Positions 1-16,914 of a DNA stretch of 64,000 bases are shown here, in pieces. A program made the translations under genes and the position numbers. The notes below the pieces were generated by a model, which was not told the origin of the DNA, made no database searches, and worked only from the letters and a program-made list of their open reading frames with translations. The first letter of the stretch is position 1; every line of letters begins with the position of its first letter. Origin of the DNA: the human T2T-CHM13v2.0 reference genome, Homo sapiens; NCBI RefSeq assembly GCF_009914755.1, contig NC_060930.1. The stretch is one strand, 5' to 3'.

Positions 1-1019
1 CTGCAGGCAGGGACAGGGGCTGAAGCTCTGGCAGTTTCTCATTGTCTGGTTGCTATCTTGCTCTTCCTGGTATGTTGGGCTGGGTAGGGTGGAGAGACGG
101 GCAAGTTGCTGGCCTTTAGATGGCAAAGGGGTTGGCAAGTTGGATGGACCATTAGGGTAAAACTTGGGGAAGAGGCAGGGTTTCCACCAGGATGAATCAG
201 CTGTCTAGGTCCCCTCTGTGACAGCAGTTTAAATTCTGGCCTGGTCTCAGGCTGCCTGCACTCTTGGCTCCAACACTCAGACTGTCCAGAATCTCACTCA
301 ACAAATCCAGTTATTCTCTAGACCTCAAGATGCTGCTGCCTATAGCTTCTTTTGCCATAGGCTCCCCTCATCCTTAGGGCTCAGAGGAGGTGTTCTAGAT
401 GAGGATGGGCAGCCTCAGGTATTTGCCTGAGAGCCCCAGCCCTAGTCAGGCTGCTCTGGAGTTTGGGTACCCTTCTCCGCATCAGTTGTGGCCTCCTGCT
501 TTCAATATTGGTGCTCCCCTTTAGCTTTACCCCTCCCTTGGGGGCTTAGAAGTTTTCTCTTCCAGCTGGAGTCTCTTGCTGGGGTGGAGGGGCTGGTTCT
601 GCAAAGGGTGGGAAAGACAGGACCTTGGGAGCTTCAGAATCAGGGGGCTGAGGCTTGTTGGAAGAGGGTGAGTGTGAAGTGGGTGCCAAATATTAGGGTA
701 AGTGAGGAGAGAGGCAAGATGTCTGGATGGGGACTGGGGTGGGTGGAGGATTCAGTGATAATACCAAGCATGTGTATGGGGGAAGGGGTGTTCTCACCTG
801 TTCAAAGTGCTGAGTGATAGGCAGGTGCTGCTGCAGGTGATCTGAGTGGCTGGTGAGGGCTAGACCCTCAAGGAGCACCTCCTCTGGAGGCCAGAATCCC
901 CATCCAAGGAAGAGAATGCCTGAGCTGGGAGCCCCTCCCACACCCCCCAGATATTAGCCTTTGGCTGGTCTTACCTTATAGATTAGCAGGCTCTGCATCC
1001 CCCTCAAGCTACACTTGGC
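1..1019 (-). pseudogene. DENND1C: DENND1C-like pseudogene fragment with retained introns (five 3' exons; continues off the left edge)
   Basis: Minus-strand exons: 1019-975 (AKCSLRGMQSLLIYK), 904-798 (DGDSGLQRRCSLR/ALTSHSDHLQQHLPITQHFEQ), 598-531 (NQPLHPSKRLQLEEKTSKPPREG), 394-188 ([47 protein letters not shown]) and 79-1 (PNIP..QPDNEKLPELQPLSLP). These are colinear with the recalled DENND1C C-terminus. GT..AG borders except one AG>TG at 906-905; frameshifts and stops present. Symbol is the parent gene. Confidence 0.88.
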
Positions 1020-1502
1020 CTATAGAAGCACTACGGGAGAATTACACCTGAGGCTGATTGGACCCTGGGCATTTCAGAGCTCAATCCTCTTATCTCATAA
1101 GACAGCTTCATCTTGCTATCTGTCCAGCTCTGTGTCTTAAATATGTTCACAACCCCCCATGCACCATCTAAGAAATCAATACAAACTTTCACTCCTTTGG
1201 CTAATACAAAGGGAGTATTCCAGGAGGAAATAATCACCAAATAAAATGAAAAGTGGCAAAACAACGTTGTACAAGTGTTCATGGCTCAAAGCCATAAAGT
1301 ATAAAATTACGTGAACAATTTTGAGCTGCAAAAGTTGGCTCCAGGAAACTTGTCGGCTTGGGAGAAAAAAAAAAAAAAACACATAAGGGCAAAAGCTGGG
1401 ATTATATGGTCCAAGGACAAAGGATGCTTGCCAGTGAATCTTGGTTGTCAATTTTAAAGAAGCGGGCTATGATTTTGACAAAAAGGAGCATGATGAATGG
1501 AA

Positions 1503-1539
1503 AATAAAAGTGGGAAGACTTGTTAATAGAAAAAAAAAA
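1503..1539 (+). terminator. Putative polyA signal and A-tail ending the DENND1C-antisense segment
   Basis: AATAAA at 1503-1508 and an A-run at 1530-1539, followed directly by the Tigger3b-derived GATTAT. Confidence 0.5.
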
Positions 1540-1546
1540 GATTATG

Positions 1547-1871
1547 GGCCAGGTGTGGTGGCTCACACCTGTAATCCCAGCACTTTGGGAGGCCAAGGAG
1601 GCTGGATCACTTGAGGTCAGAAGTTTTTGAGACCAACCTGGCCAACATGGTGAAACCCCATCTCTACTAAAAATGCAAAAATCAGCTGGATGTGGTGGCA
1701 CGCCTGTAATTACACCTGTAATTACACCTATAATCCCAGCTACTCGGGAAGCTGAGGCACAAGAATCACTTTAACCTGGGAGGCAGAGGTTGCAATGAGA
1801 CAAGATCATGCCACTGCACTCCAGCCTGGGCAACAATGTAAAACTGTGTCTCAAGAAAAAAAGAAAAAAAA
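1547..1871 (+). mobile_element. AluS
   Basis: Dimeric Alu; TSD AGAAAAAAAAGATTAT-like at about 1528-1545 and 1862-1877. Confidence 0.95.
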
Positions 1872-3302
1872 GATTATAATGAAGCTGAAAAAATTTTATT
1901 GCCTAGTGATATCATAGCTGTCATAATGTTGCAAGGCAACACATTACTCGCATGTTTGTAGGGATACTGGTGTGAACAAACCTACTGCACTGCCAGTCAT
2001 ATAAAAGTATAGTATGTACAATTATGTACAGTAAATAAAACTTGATGATAATAAATGTTATTTATTTATATATTTACTATACTATATTTTTAATTATTTT
2101 AGAGTATACTCCTATTTACTAAAAAAAAAAAAAAAAAAAAGTTAACTATAAAACAGATTCAGGCAGGTCCTTCAGGAGGTATTCCAGAAGGCATTGTTAT
2201 CACAGGAGATGACAGACAGCTCTATGTGTGTTATTGCCCCTGAAGATCTTGAAACGGGAAAAAATGTGGAGGAGGAAGACAATGATATTGATGACTCTGA
2301 CCCTGTGTAGGCTTAGGGTAATGTGTGTACTTATGTCTTAGTTTTTAACAAAAATGCCTTAAAAGTAAAAAATACATGTAAAAATAGAAAAAATGCTTTT
2401 AGAATAAGGATATAAAGAAAGAAAATATTTTTGTTTGGCTGTACAATGTGTTTGTGTTTTAAGCTAAGCATTATTACAAAAGAGTAAAATAATTGAAAAA
2501 ATTATAAAGTTGATAAAGTAAAAAAATTATAGTAAGCTAAGGTTAATTTATTATTAAAGGAAGAATACTATTTTTTAAATAAATTTAGTATAGCCTAAAT
2601 GTGCAATGTGTATAAAATCTACAGTAGTGTATAGCAGTATCGTAGACTTTCACATTCACTCACCACTCACTCACTGACTTACTCAGAAAAACTTGCAGTT
2701 TTGCAAGCTCCATTCATAGTACCACTTTTTAAAATATATATATTTTTTCTTTTGATATAGGGTTTTGCTCCTGTTACCCAGGCTAAAGTCACTGCAGCCT
2801 TGAACCTTCTGGGCTCAAGCGATCCTCAGACTTCAGCCTCCCAAGTAGATGAGATCACAAGTACATGCCATGACACATGGCTAGTTTTCAAAAAATTTTT
2901 GTAGAGACAGGGTCTCCCTATCCTGCCTAGGCTGGTCTCAAACTCCTAGGCTCCAGTGGTCCTTCTGCCTCGGACTCCCAAAGTGATGGGATTACAAACA
3001 TGAGTTATCGCACGTGGCCTCATTTTTTTTTAATCTTTTACGCCATATTTTTACTGTACCTCTTCTATGTTTGGATGCACAGATACTTATCATTGTCTTA
3101 CCATTGCCTACAGTATTCAGTACAGTAATGTGCTATACAGGTTTGTAGCCTCGGAGCAATAGGCTATACCTTATAGCTTAGGTGTGTAGTAAGCTATAGC
3201 ATCTAGGTTTGTGTAAATACACTCTATGATTTTCATACAATGAAATCACTTAATGACACATTTCTCAGAATATATCTGCATCATTTAGAAACACACAACA
3301 GT
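1870..3302 (+). mobile_element. Tigger3b/MER7 (Golem) DNA transposon, 5' end missing, interrupted by AluJ
   Basis: AAGATTATAATGAAGCTGAAAAAATT...GCCTAGTGA and CAGGCAGGTCCTTCAGGAGGTATTCCAGAAG motifs; terminal end at about 3302. Confidence 0.8.
2743..3019 (-). mobile_element. AluJ within Tigger3b
   Basis: Diverged antisense Alu with J-type motifs. Confidence 0.9.
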
Positions 3303-3307
3303 ACTAA

Positions 3308-3879
<572 letters not shown>

Positions 3880-4624
3880 TATACTAAATTAGTTTTTAGG
3901 ATTTTCTTGTTCTTAACCTAGACTTAATTCTCTGTTAATATATTTCCACATGATTTTGATATAGACTTCAAATTTATTGCAAAAATAGCCCTCATTTTGT
4001 TTATCTTTTAATATTCAGTATCGTGAAGATGGCCTGGCATATAAAGGGTAATAAATAGATGTTAGTTGAATCAAGTCCATGAAACAAGTAAATAATGACA
4101 GAAACATTTGTATTGATATCACTAAAGAGAGCCTCAACTTCCAGCTTGGCAAATGAGAAAACTTGCTTGGCAGGGGCAGGAGTCCTGGGCTTCCAGTCTA
4201 CTGGGCAGATGCACTGTTAACAGAAGGGCAAGAATATTTCCTTATAAGCTGTAAACTTCTTCAGGATTCTAGGAAAGTGGGAAGGACAGAGATAGGAATA
4301 TAGCAGAGGTCCTACCAAAAGATGGATAAAGTGCACCTCCAGGACATTTAATGAGCAGGCCATCTCGCTAGATAACAGTAGACGTCCTCCTGGCTTAATG
4401 TAAGATTAAATACAGTCAAGGGCTCCGCACGAACATATTCATGCTCTATCTTCTAAATGTGGTTTCTGTCAATGTTGCAATGTAAATGCATGCATATCTC
4501 TACTAACCTTTAAGGTAATGATACTGTGTTTTGGGGCATTTCATATGAAGAGTCCATCAAACTGGCATCATTGTTCTCCAATCATCCAAAAAATAAATAT
4601 TATGTACAATAAAACATAAATTTC

Positions 4625-4923
<299 letters not shown>

Positions 4924-5095
4924 TCAACATTAATAAATATTTGATAAGCCCATTATTATAATATAATTTGACTTTTATACCAACCTGTCATAAGCAAATT
5001 CAATAAATTTTTCTATACCTATGTCCTTCTTATGCACAGGGATAAACTCAGAGTTCTCCAATTATTAAGACTTAGTTACAAAGCTAGTTTCAGCA

Positions 5096-5327
5096 CAGGA
5101 TTTCAAACAAGCCTGGGTAACATAGAGAGACCTAATCTCTGCCAAAAATTAAAAAAAAAAAAATTAGCTGGGCATGGTGGCACATGCCTGTGATCCCAGC
5201 TACTTGGGAGGCTGAGGTGGGAGGATTACTTGAATCCAGGAAGTTGAGGCTGCAGTAAGCCATGAGCATGCCACTGCACACCAGCCTGGGCAACAGAACA
5301 AAAATCTGTCTCAAAAAAAAAAAAAAA
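5096..5327 (+). mobile_element. AluJ, 5'-truncated
   Basis: Partial left arm, right arm and A-tail. Confidence 0.9.
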
Positions 5328-6608
5328 GTTACAAAATTAAGGTACAAGTTAATTCAAAAAGTTAATAATTAATAAATACAAAAATAACAAGGTTATAACC
5401 ATCACAAGATGTCCATTAATCAAACTAAGAGTGACAAGGACAGAAAATTTTGAGGTTATGTAAAAGCAAACTACTTTGGAAGAATGCAACTTACAAAAAG
5501 CAAAATTTAAACCGATGTATTCATGAGTTGCCCAGCTGTAAGTGGGAAGGATCAGTAGGAATACATGCCATGATCCATAATATCAGCCATGGGCGTGTAG
5601 GTGAAAATTGTACCAAGTCTTTCACCTTTGGCCTAATATCTGGTTTAGCTCTAGAGAAGTCTGTGTTAAAATGTATGCGACTGGAGCATGCAGTTATGAT
5701 GACAGGGCAAAAGGCTGATTTAAGATTTTCTATTGGTCAGGATTACTTACGTAAACAGATGGCATACCCAAAGGTTTAATCAAAGAAAGTTTAATGAAGG
5801 TAGTACTTACCAACATGTGAAAAGGGATTAAGGCAACTGACAACAAAGAGTAAAGCTCCCAGTGACGAGCAACTGTAAGCAGCCATTACTACTGCTAAGC
5901 ATGAAGACATGAGCAGCAACTAGAACTCTAGCTGCTAGCTGTAAAGGAGCTCTTGTTTTCTTGAAGACGTAGGAGGTGAAAAAATACTATGAGAGTGACA
6001 AGGTGAAGGTGGATGTGGAAGTTTGATGACAGTGGATTTTTTTTAGTCAATCTAAAGTGAGAAATTTGGCTCACGAAAGAAATATATATAGTTGTCAGGC
6101 AACTGAAAACCATTGAGCCTGTTGAACATAAATTCATAGTAAATCCTGCACTCTTGTGTCTTTTCTCCAGTGGTGTTCAGATAGCCAGAAGCAAGCTTGG
6201 AGAAAATATGTGGGTTCATCCCATGTTGCTTTCACCAAGAAGATATGATGGAAAGATAGAAAAATAATGTTTAATATTTTTACAAGAGAGTAATTTAAGA
6301 ACTTGACCATGACATCCAAGATAGATAAGGAAGAGCCCTAACTGATAGAGAAAAGAGTAAGAATCAAGGGCCTGAAGATTCTTATTTCTTCTAAAAACTT
6401 TTACCATAAAAGTACTTAAACACATAAGCTGAAATAATAAGGGACTTTGGTCAGGAAGTGGACTATTTGAATTAGTGACTTTGGAGTAGATCCTGCCTGG
6501 TGATTTTCAGGCTCAAAATGTAATTTTGGAACAGATATATAATTGGAGCAGGTAGGTCATTGGAAATGAGAAGTTAATAATTGAGCAATCTGGAAATTAG
6601 ATGGGTGA

Positions 6609-7077
6609 TGTGATGATAAATCTCATGTGTCAACTTGACTAAGCCATAGTACCCAGATGTTTGGGCAAACACCAACCTTAATGTAGCTATAAAGGTTTTC
6701 TTTTTTTTTTTTAAGATGAGATTAACATTTAAATAAGTAGACTTTTGATAAAGCAGATTACCCTCCATAATATGGTTGGGGCTCATCCAGTCAACTGAAG
6801 TTCTTAGAAAAAAACTGAGGTCCCCTCAAAAATAAGAAATTTTATTTCCAAACTGCCTTCAGAATCAAGCTGCAACATCAACTATTTCCTGGCTCCCCAG
6901 CCTGCCAACCTACCCTGTAGATTTTATACTTGTCAAGCCCCACAATCACATGAGCCAATTCCTTAAAATAAATTTATATAGAGATAGATAGATGATAGAG
7001 AGAGAGAGAGAGACAGAGAGAGAGAGAGAGAACAACATTCTATTGGTTCTGCCTCTCTGGAGAACTAATCTAATATA
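6609..7077 (+). mobile_element. MLT2 (ERVL) solo LTR with internal (GA)n
   Basis: Starts TGTGATG...TGTGTCAACTTGACT; ends TATTGGTTCTG.CTCTCTGGAGAACT..CTAATA. Confidence 0.85.
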
Positions 7078-7280
7078 GGTGATAAATATGGATGTTAAAG
7101 TCTAGGAATTCTTTGAAAAATGATCCTAGGTTATTATTTTAAGTAAAAGTTTGCATTTATGGGCTGGCAGCCATGAAGTACTTGGGAGGGTTGGGCTAAG
7201 GTCAGGAGGATGTAATACTAAGTAAGGTTTGTGGTGCAGACTACTTTTGAGGAGGAAAGGTCAAGATACACACTCCACAT

Positions 7281-7850
7281 CTAAATCTGTGGGATGACAT
7301 AAAAACAGAATTTAGGGGGAAATTTGTAGTATTAAATGCCTAAATTTAGAAAAAATAAAGGACTCAAAACAATGTCTTTAGCTTGGACCTTGAGAAATAA
7401 AAGATCAAATGAAATCCAATGCAAGCAGAAAAAGAAAATAAAGATCAAAACATAAATTAAGTAGAAAACAGAAAACAGTGGGAAAAATCAGTGACACCAA
7501 AAAATAGTTTCGGGGGAAGATCAATACAATTGATAAAACTCTAGCCAGAAAAGGAAAAAAAGAGAAGACAAATTAGCAATATCTAGAATGACAGAGGTGA
7601 GATCACTACACATTCTACAATAACCTTTACTATTCTACAAATACTAAAAGGTTAATAGGACAATATTACTGGGGTAAACAGACTTTAAAGTATTCCCGTG
7701 ATTCCCACATCCTGGTGTTCGTGACTTTGTATAATCCTTCATCCTTAGGTGTGAGCATGACCTGTAACTTGCTTCTAAACAATGGAATGTGGTAAAGGCA
7801 ATGAGATACACGTGTTTACATGTATCAGGTTACATGAGAGACTTGCTAGC

Positions 7851-7893
<43 letters not shown>

Positions 7894-8345
7894 CATTGCT
7901 GGCTTTTAAGAAGCAAGCCGCCATGAGTCCTACAACCACAAGGAAATGAATTCTGCCAACAACTCAATAGAGCCTGGAGGAATATATTTCCCTGATGAGA
8001 ATCCAGTCCTAGATGACACTTTAATTGCAGCCTATGAGACCTTAAGCGAAGGACCTAGCTAAGCCATGCCCAGACTCCTAGAAGATGCTCAGAAACTGAG
8101 ATAATAAATGTGTTTTAAGCCACTAAGTTTGGGGCAATTTATTACATAACAATAGATAAATTATGTACAACTTAAAATACAATCATGGGCAACTTTGATA
8201 AAAATGCGTTAACTTAAATTTCCTCAAAAAATACAAATTACCAAAGCTTACTCAAAAAGAAATAGATAATATTAATAGATGGAATCTACCAAAAAAAATC
8301 CAGAACTAATATGTAAGCTTAGCAAGATTTCTATTTACTATAGAA
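7281..8345 (+). mobile_element. Old L1M ORF2 fragments interrupted by MaLR LTRs
   Basis: Degenerate A-rich ORF2-like sequence (GATCAATACAATTGATAAAACTCTAGCCAG). Confidence 0.7.
7668..8165 (+). mobile_element. MLT1 (MaLR) LTR
   Basis: AAGGAAATGAATTCTGCCAACAAC and TTTTAAGCCACTAAGTTTGGGGCAATTTATTAC motifs. Confidence 0.8.
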
Positions 8346-8347
8346 AT

Positions 8348-8682
8348 CTTAGTCTGTTCAGGTTTCTGTAATAAAATACTATCAAGTAGGTGGTTATACA
8401 CAACAGTTTATTACTCACAGTTCTGGAGGCTGGTATATTCAAGATCAGGACACCAGCAGATTCAGTGTCTGCTGAGGGACCACTTTCTTATAGATGGACA
8501 TCTTCTCCCTGGAACTTCATAGAGCAAAAGAGTCAAACAAGCTCTCTGGCATCCCTTTTATAAGTACACTAATACCATTCATGAGGGGATCACCAAAGGC
8601 CCCATCTTCTAATGTCATAACCTTAGGAGTTAGAATTTCAACTAACTTTTATGGGGGAGACATAAACATCCAGTCCATTGCA
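8348..8682 (-). mobile_element. MLT1A/MST-type MaLR LTR
   Basis: TCTTAGTCTGTTCAGG...CACAGTTCTGGAGGCTGG...AACATCCAGTCCATTGCA. Confidence 0.8.
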
Positions 8683-8712
8683 ATGATTAATATACTAAAA
8701 AAAAGTATTTCT

Positions 8713-9546
8713 TTTTTTTATTTTATTATTATTATACTTTAAGTTTTAGGGTACATGTGCACAATGTGCAGGTTAGTTACATATGTATACATGTGCCATG
8801 CTGGTGCACTGCACCCACTAACTCATCACCTATCATTAGGTATATCTCCCGATGCTATCCCTCCCCCCGCCCCCCACCCCACAACAGTCCCCAGAGTGTG
8901 ATATTCCCCTTCCTGTGTCCATGTGATCTCATTGTTCAATTCCCACCTATGAGTGAGAATATGTGGTGTTTGGTTTTTTGTTCTTGCGATAGTTTACTGA
9001 GAATGATGATTTCCAATTTCATCCATGTCCCTACAAAGGACATGAACTCATCATTTTTTGTGGCTGCATAGTATTCCATGGTGTATATGTGCCACATTTT
9101 CTTAATCCAGTCTATCATTGTTGGACATTTGGGTTGGTTCCAAGTCTTTGCTATCGTGAATAGTGCCACAATAAACATACGTGTGCATGTGTCTTTATAG
9201 CAGCATGATTTATAGTCCTTTGGGTATATACCCAGTAATGGGATGGCTGGGTCAACTGGTATTTCTAGTTCTAGATCCCTGAGGAATTGCCACACTGACT
9301 TCCACAATGGTTGAACTAGTTTACAGTCGCACCAACAGTGTAAAAGTGTTCCTATTTCTCCACATCCTCTTCAGCACCTGATGTTTCCTGACATTTTAAT
9401 GATTGCCATTCTAACTGGTGTGAGATGGTATCTCATTGCAGTTTTGATTTGCATTTCTCTGATGGCCAGTGATGGTGAGCATTTTTTCATGTGTTTTTTG
9501 GCTGCATAAATGTCTTCTTTTGAGAAGTGTCTGTTCATGTCCTTCG

Positions 9547-9548
<2 letters not shown>
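8713..9548 (-). mobile_element. L1PA (young primate, about PA2-4): 3' segment of an inverted insertion
   Basis: Antisense L1 3'UTR and ORF2 end with tail at 8713; TSD AAAAAAAAGTATTTCT at 8697-8712. Confidence 0.95.
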
Positions 9549-13124
<3,576 letters not shown>

Positions 13125-13281
13125 AAAAATATTTTTTGTAATGTCATAAATACATGAAACACTTAGGGATATATCTCAACAAAGATGTTAAGTGTTTCTT
13201 TAGATTAATGTAATCTTTCTTTAGATATATTAATAACCACAAAATGTAATCTAGTCAGTCTATTCAGGCTTTTTAAGATAG

Positions 13282-13358
13282 TTTTACATATATCTAAACT
13301 TCTTGATCAAGTATTTTAAGAAATTTTTACATATATCTAAACTTCTTGATCAAGTATT
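13282..13358. repeat. Perfect 34-bp direct repeat, period 43
   Basis: TTTTACATATATCTAAACTTCTTGATCAAGTATT at 13282-13315 and 13325-13358. Confidence 0.9.
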
Positions 13359-13439
13359 CACTTTACACAATTGTTACAAACAACCAATTTATATTTTGCT
13401 AAGTTTTAACTATTTCTAACCATTATGGTAGTCCTTAAA

Positions 13440-13580
13440 TACCAGATTTGGGGTCAGATGACCTTATTTTAAATTTCAGCTCTGACAGTTAATAGCTGTA
13501 TAATTTAAGACAAAAATTCTGATATTTCAGATCTCAGTTTCTGCATTTATAAAATTGGGATAATAATACTTAATAGCTCA
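13440..13580 (+). mobile_element. MIR fragment
   Basis: Core CTCAGTTTCTGCATTTATAAAATTGGGATAATAATAC. Confidence 0.65.
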
Positions 13581-13662
13581 GATGGCCTTGTGTTTTTATA
13601 CAAACAGACTTTTTTGCTACATGATTTGGGTCATGTTAAATATTTCTAGTCTTTAGTTATTA

Positions 13663-13977
<315 letters not shown>

Positions 13978-15471
13978 AGGTATTACCTCATCTATAAAAT
14001 AGTACCTGTCTCTTAATATGGCTATGAAGATATGACATAAAATATTTAAAATGATTTAGAATAGTACCTGGCACTCAATACATGTTATCCTTTATAATGT
14101 TCACAAAAACGGGTACAGGTTTGACACATACAAAGTTTCATAATGTTTGTGGCTATAAGTCTTGTTTCCTATTATCTATAATTGGTCCATTCTAAACTCA
14201 GTAAAGTGTACATATTAGTCAAAATGTTTTGACTTTTTGTAGACATTCATTTAATCAAAAGTGGGACTCTATAATATTATAAAATTGAGTAAAGTCTTTA
14301 TGGAATGTTTATATTAATTTTTAGTACGACTCTGAAATGAGATACCTGAGATCATTAGTTTTTTAAACTTTATTTAGCAGCAGAAACTTTTTTCAAATAA
14401 AATCTTATTCAGATCAATATATAAATATATATCAATGGTATAAAGCCAATAAAAGTTTTTCAGTTGAACTATAAACCCACAAGGCTAACACAATTTGGGC
14501 ATTTATTATGTGCTAGGTGCAATTCTAAAATTACACTAAAGCCAGTATTGGCTCTGGGGCTTCTTTCTTGGAACCATAAAGTGCAATGAACGCAGTTTAA
14601 AACCTGCTCCTTGGAAATTGTTAAGCTATTCAAGGACAAGAACCTATGACATGTGTTTTAACCAAGTATTTAGTATGGTATTGGGCACTTAATAGGTGTT
14701 GAAACAATTTTGGTGGACTTGAGTAGCACAGAAAAAGCTCATGAAATCTTAATGACCCCACATGCTGGTAAATGGTTGCTGCCTCATGCTCCAAACATAC
14801 CACTTCCTCAGGTCAAAACCAGTTTTTTTCCAATTCCTAAGCAACGAGGTTTGGCATAAAGCTAGGCCAGAAATGTCAGTACAGGCTATTTCTTGGGGAT
14901 ATTTAGAGACACCTACTGAGTTAGTAGGAAATGTAAATTGTGCCTAAATTTATCAGGATTATTTCTCAGACACACAACTACAGTTCATCTCATCTCCAAA
15001 GTAGCCTCAGGACTCCAGAAATACTCCAAGGGCCTCTTCCTAAAATTGACTAGAAATTTTGCCAGCTCTCTAAAGAATAATATTGACTGTCCCAAAGATC
15101 TCTTGGTCAAAGTCTATATTCGTGATTTGGAATTTTCCCAAGCACCAGGAATTACGCTGTGAGCTAACATTTACGCAGACATTCTCCCAGTTACTTTCAG
15201 TTTTCGGTTTTGTTAGTTATCAAGTAAAGGGGATAGCAGGTAAGGAGAAAGTAGGCAAGGGCATCAGAGATAAGTTACACTAGGACATAGCCTTGGCTTG
15301 TGTGTCATCTTCTTTCTACATGCCATATCTCCTCCATTACTGAATTTTAAGATCTGTCCTTGAAGACAGAGACTTGATCTATAGTTCTATTGCGCTGCTC
15401 ACACTATTAATGGTAATAATAATAAAATTAATTTTTATTGAGGCCTTATGAAGTGCTTAATATTGTGCTAA

Positions 15472-15774
15472 GGCCAGGCATGGTGGCTACACCTGTAATC
15501 CGAGTACTTTGGGAGGCCGAGAAGGGAGGATCCTTTGAGCCCAGGAGTTTGAGCTAACCAAGACAACATGGTCAGACTCTGAGTCTACAAAAAATAAAAA
15601 ATATTAGCTGGATGTGGTGGTGTGCACCTGTAGTCCCAGCTACTCAGGATGTTGAAGCACAAGAATCCCTTGGGCCCAGGCTGAGGTTGGTTGGGGCTGC
15701 ACTGAGTCATGATGGTCCCCCTGCACTCCAGCCTGGGTGACAGAGTGAGACCCTGTCTCAAAAAAGAAAAAAAA
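15472..15774 (+). mobile_element. AluJ
   Basis: Full J-type Alu; TSD-like ATTGTGCTAA. Confidence 0.9.
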
Positions 15775-15997
15775 TTGTGCTAAAATACTTAAGCACTATC
15801 AAATGTGCAAGTATTCAATGAACATTTCGCAATTAAAAACTCTAAAATAAAATATCTTATGTAGAAATATTTCTGGGTAAGCAAACAAAACAAGTAGAAA
15901 TAAAATGAGTTTTTATTTCTTCTTATACTAAAGGTAAAGAGAAAAACTTAAAATAGTGAATTTTCAGGATTGTTTTTAGAGACTTGAAATGAGGGCA

Positions 15998-16277
15998 GGT
16001 CGGGCAAAGTGGCTTACGCCTGTAATCCCAGCACTTTGGGAAGCTGAGGTGGGCAGATCACTTGAGGTCAGGAGTTCGAGACCAGCCTGGCCAACACGGC
16101 AAAACCCTGTGTCTTCTAAAAATACAAAAATGAGCCGGACATGGTGGCAGAAGCCTGTAATCCCAGCTACTCAGGCAGCTGAGGCAGGAGAATCACTTGA
16201 ACCCAGGAGGCGGAGGTTGCAGTGAACTGAGATCGCCCCACTGCACTCTGGCCTGGGCAACAGAGCAAGACTCCATC
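15998..16277 (+). mobile_element. AluS with hugely expanded tail
   Basis: TSD GAAATGAGGGCA at 15986-15997 and 16911-16922. Confidence 0.95.
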
Positions 16278-16395
16278 AAGAAAGGAAAGAAAGAAAGAGA
16301 GATGAAAGAAGGAAAGAAAGAAAGAAAGAAGAAAGAAAGAAAGAAAGAAAGAAAGCAAGAAAGAAAGAAAGAAAGAAAAAGAGAGAGAAGAAAGA

Positions 16396-16440
<45 letters not shown>

Positions 16441-16444
16441 AGGA

Positions 16445-16499
<55 letters not shown>

Positions 16500-16649
16500 G
16501 AAGGAAGGAAAGAAAGAGGCAAAGAAAGAGGGAAAGAAAGGGAAAGGGAAAGAAGGGAAAGAAAGGGAAGGAAGGGAAGGAAGGGAAGGAAAGGAAGGAA
16601 AGGAAGAAAGAAAGAAAGAGAAAGAAAGAAAGAAAGAGGGAAGGAAGGA

Positions 16650-16716
<67 letters not shown>

Positions 16717-16914
16717 GAAGGGAAGGAAGGAAAGAAAGGAAAGAAGGAAGGAAGGAAAGGAAGGAAAGGAAAGGAAGGAAGAAAGGAAGGAAGGGAGAGA
16801 GAGAGTAAGAGAAAGAGAAAGAAAGAGGGAGAGAAAGAGAGAGAGAGAAAGGAAGGAAGAAAGGAAGGAAGGAAGAAAGGAAGAGAGAAGGAAAGAAAGA
16901 GAAAAGAAAAGAAA
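16277..16914 (+). repeat. Compound (GAAA)n/(GGAA)n polypurine tract
   Basis: About 640 nt with only about 4 pyrimidines. Confidence 0.97.

Noticed and set aside
488-941. ORFs 488-817 (+) and 693-941 (-) as genes
   Set aside because: The first is antisense to the DENND1C relic; the second is part of one pseudo-exon read through its flanking introns.
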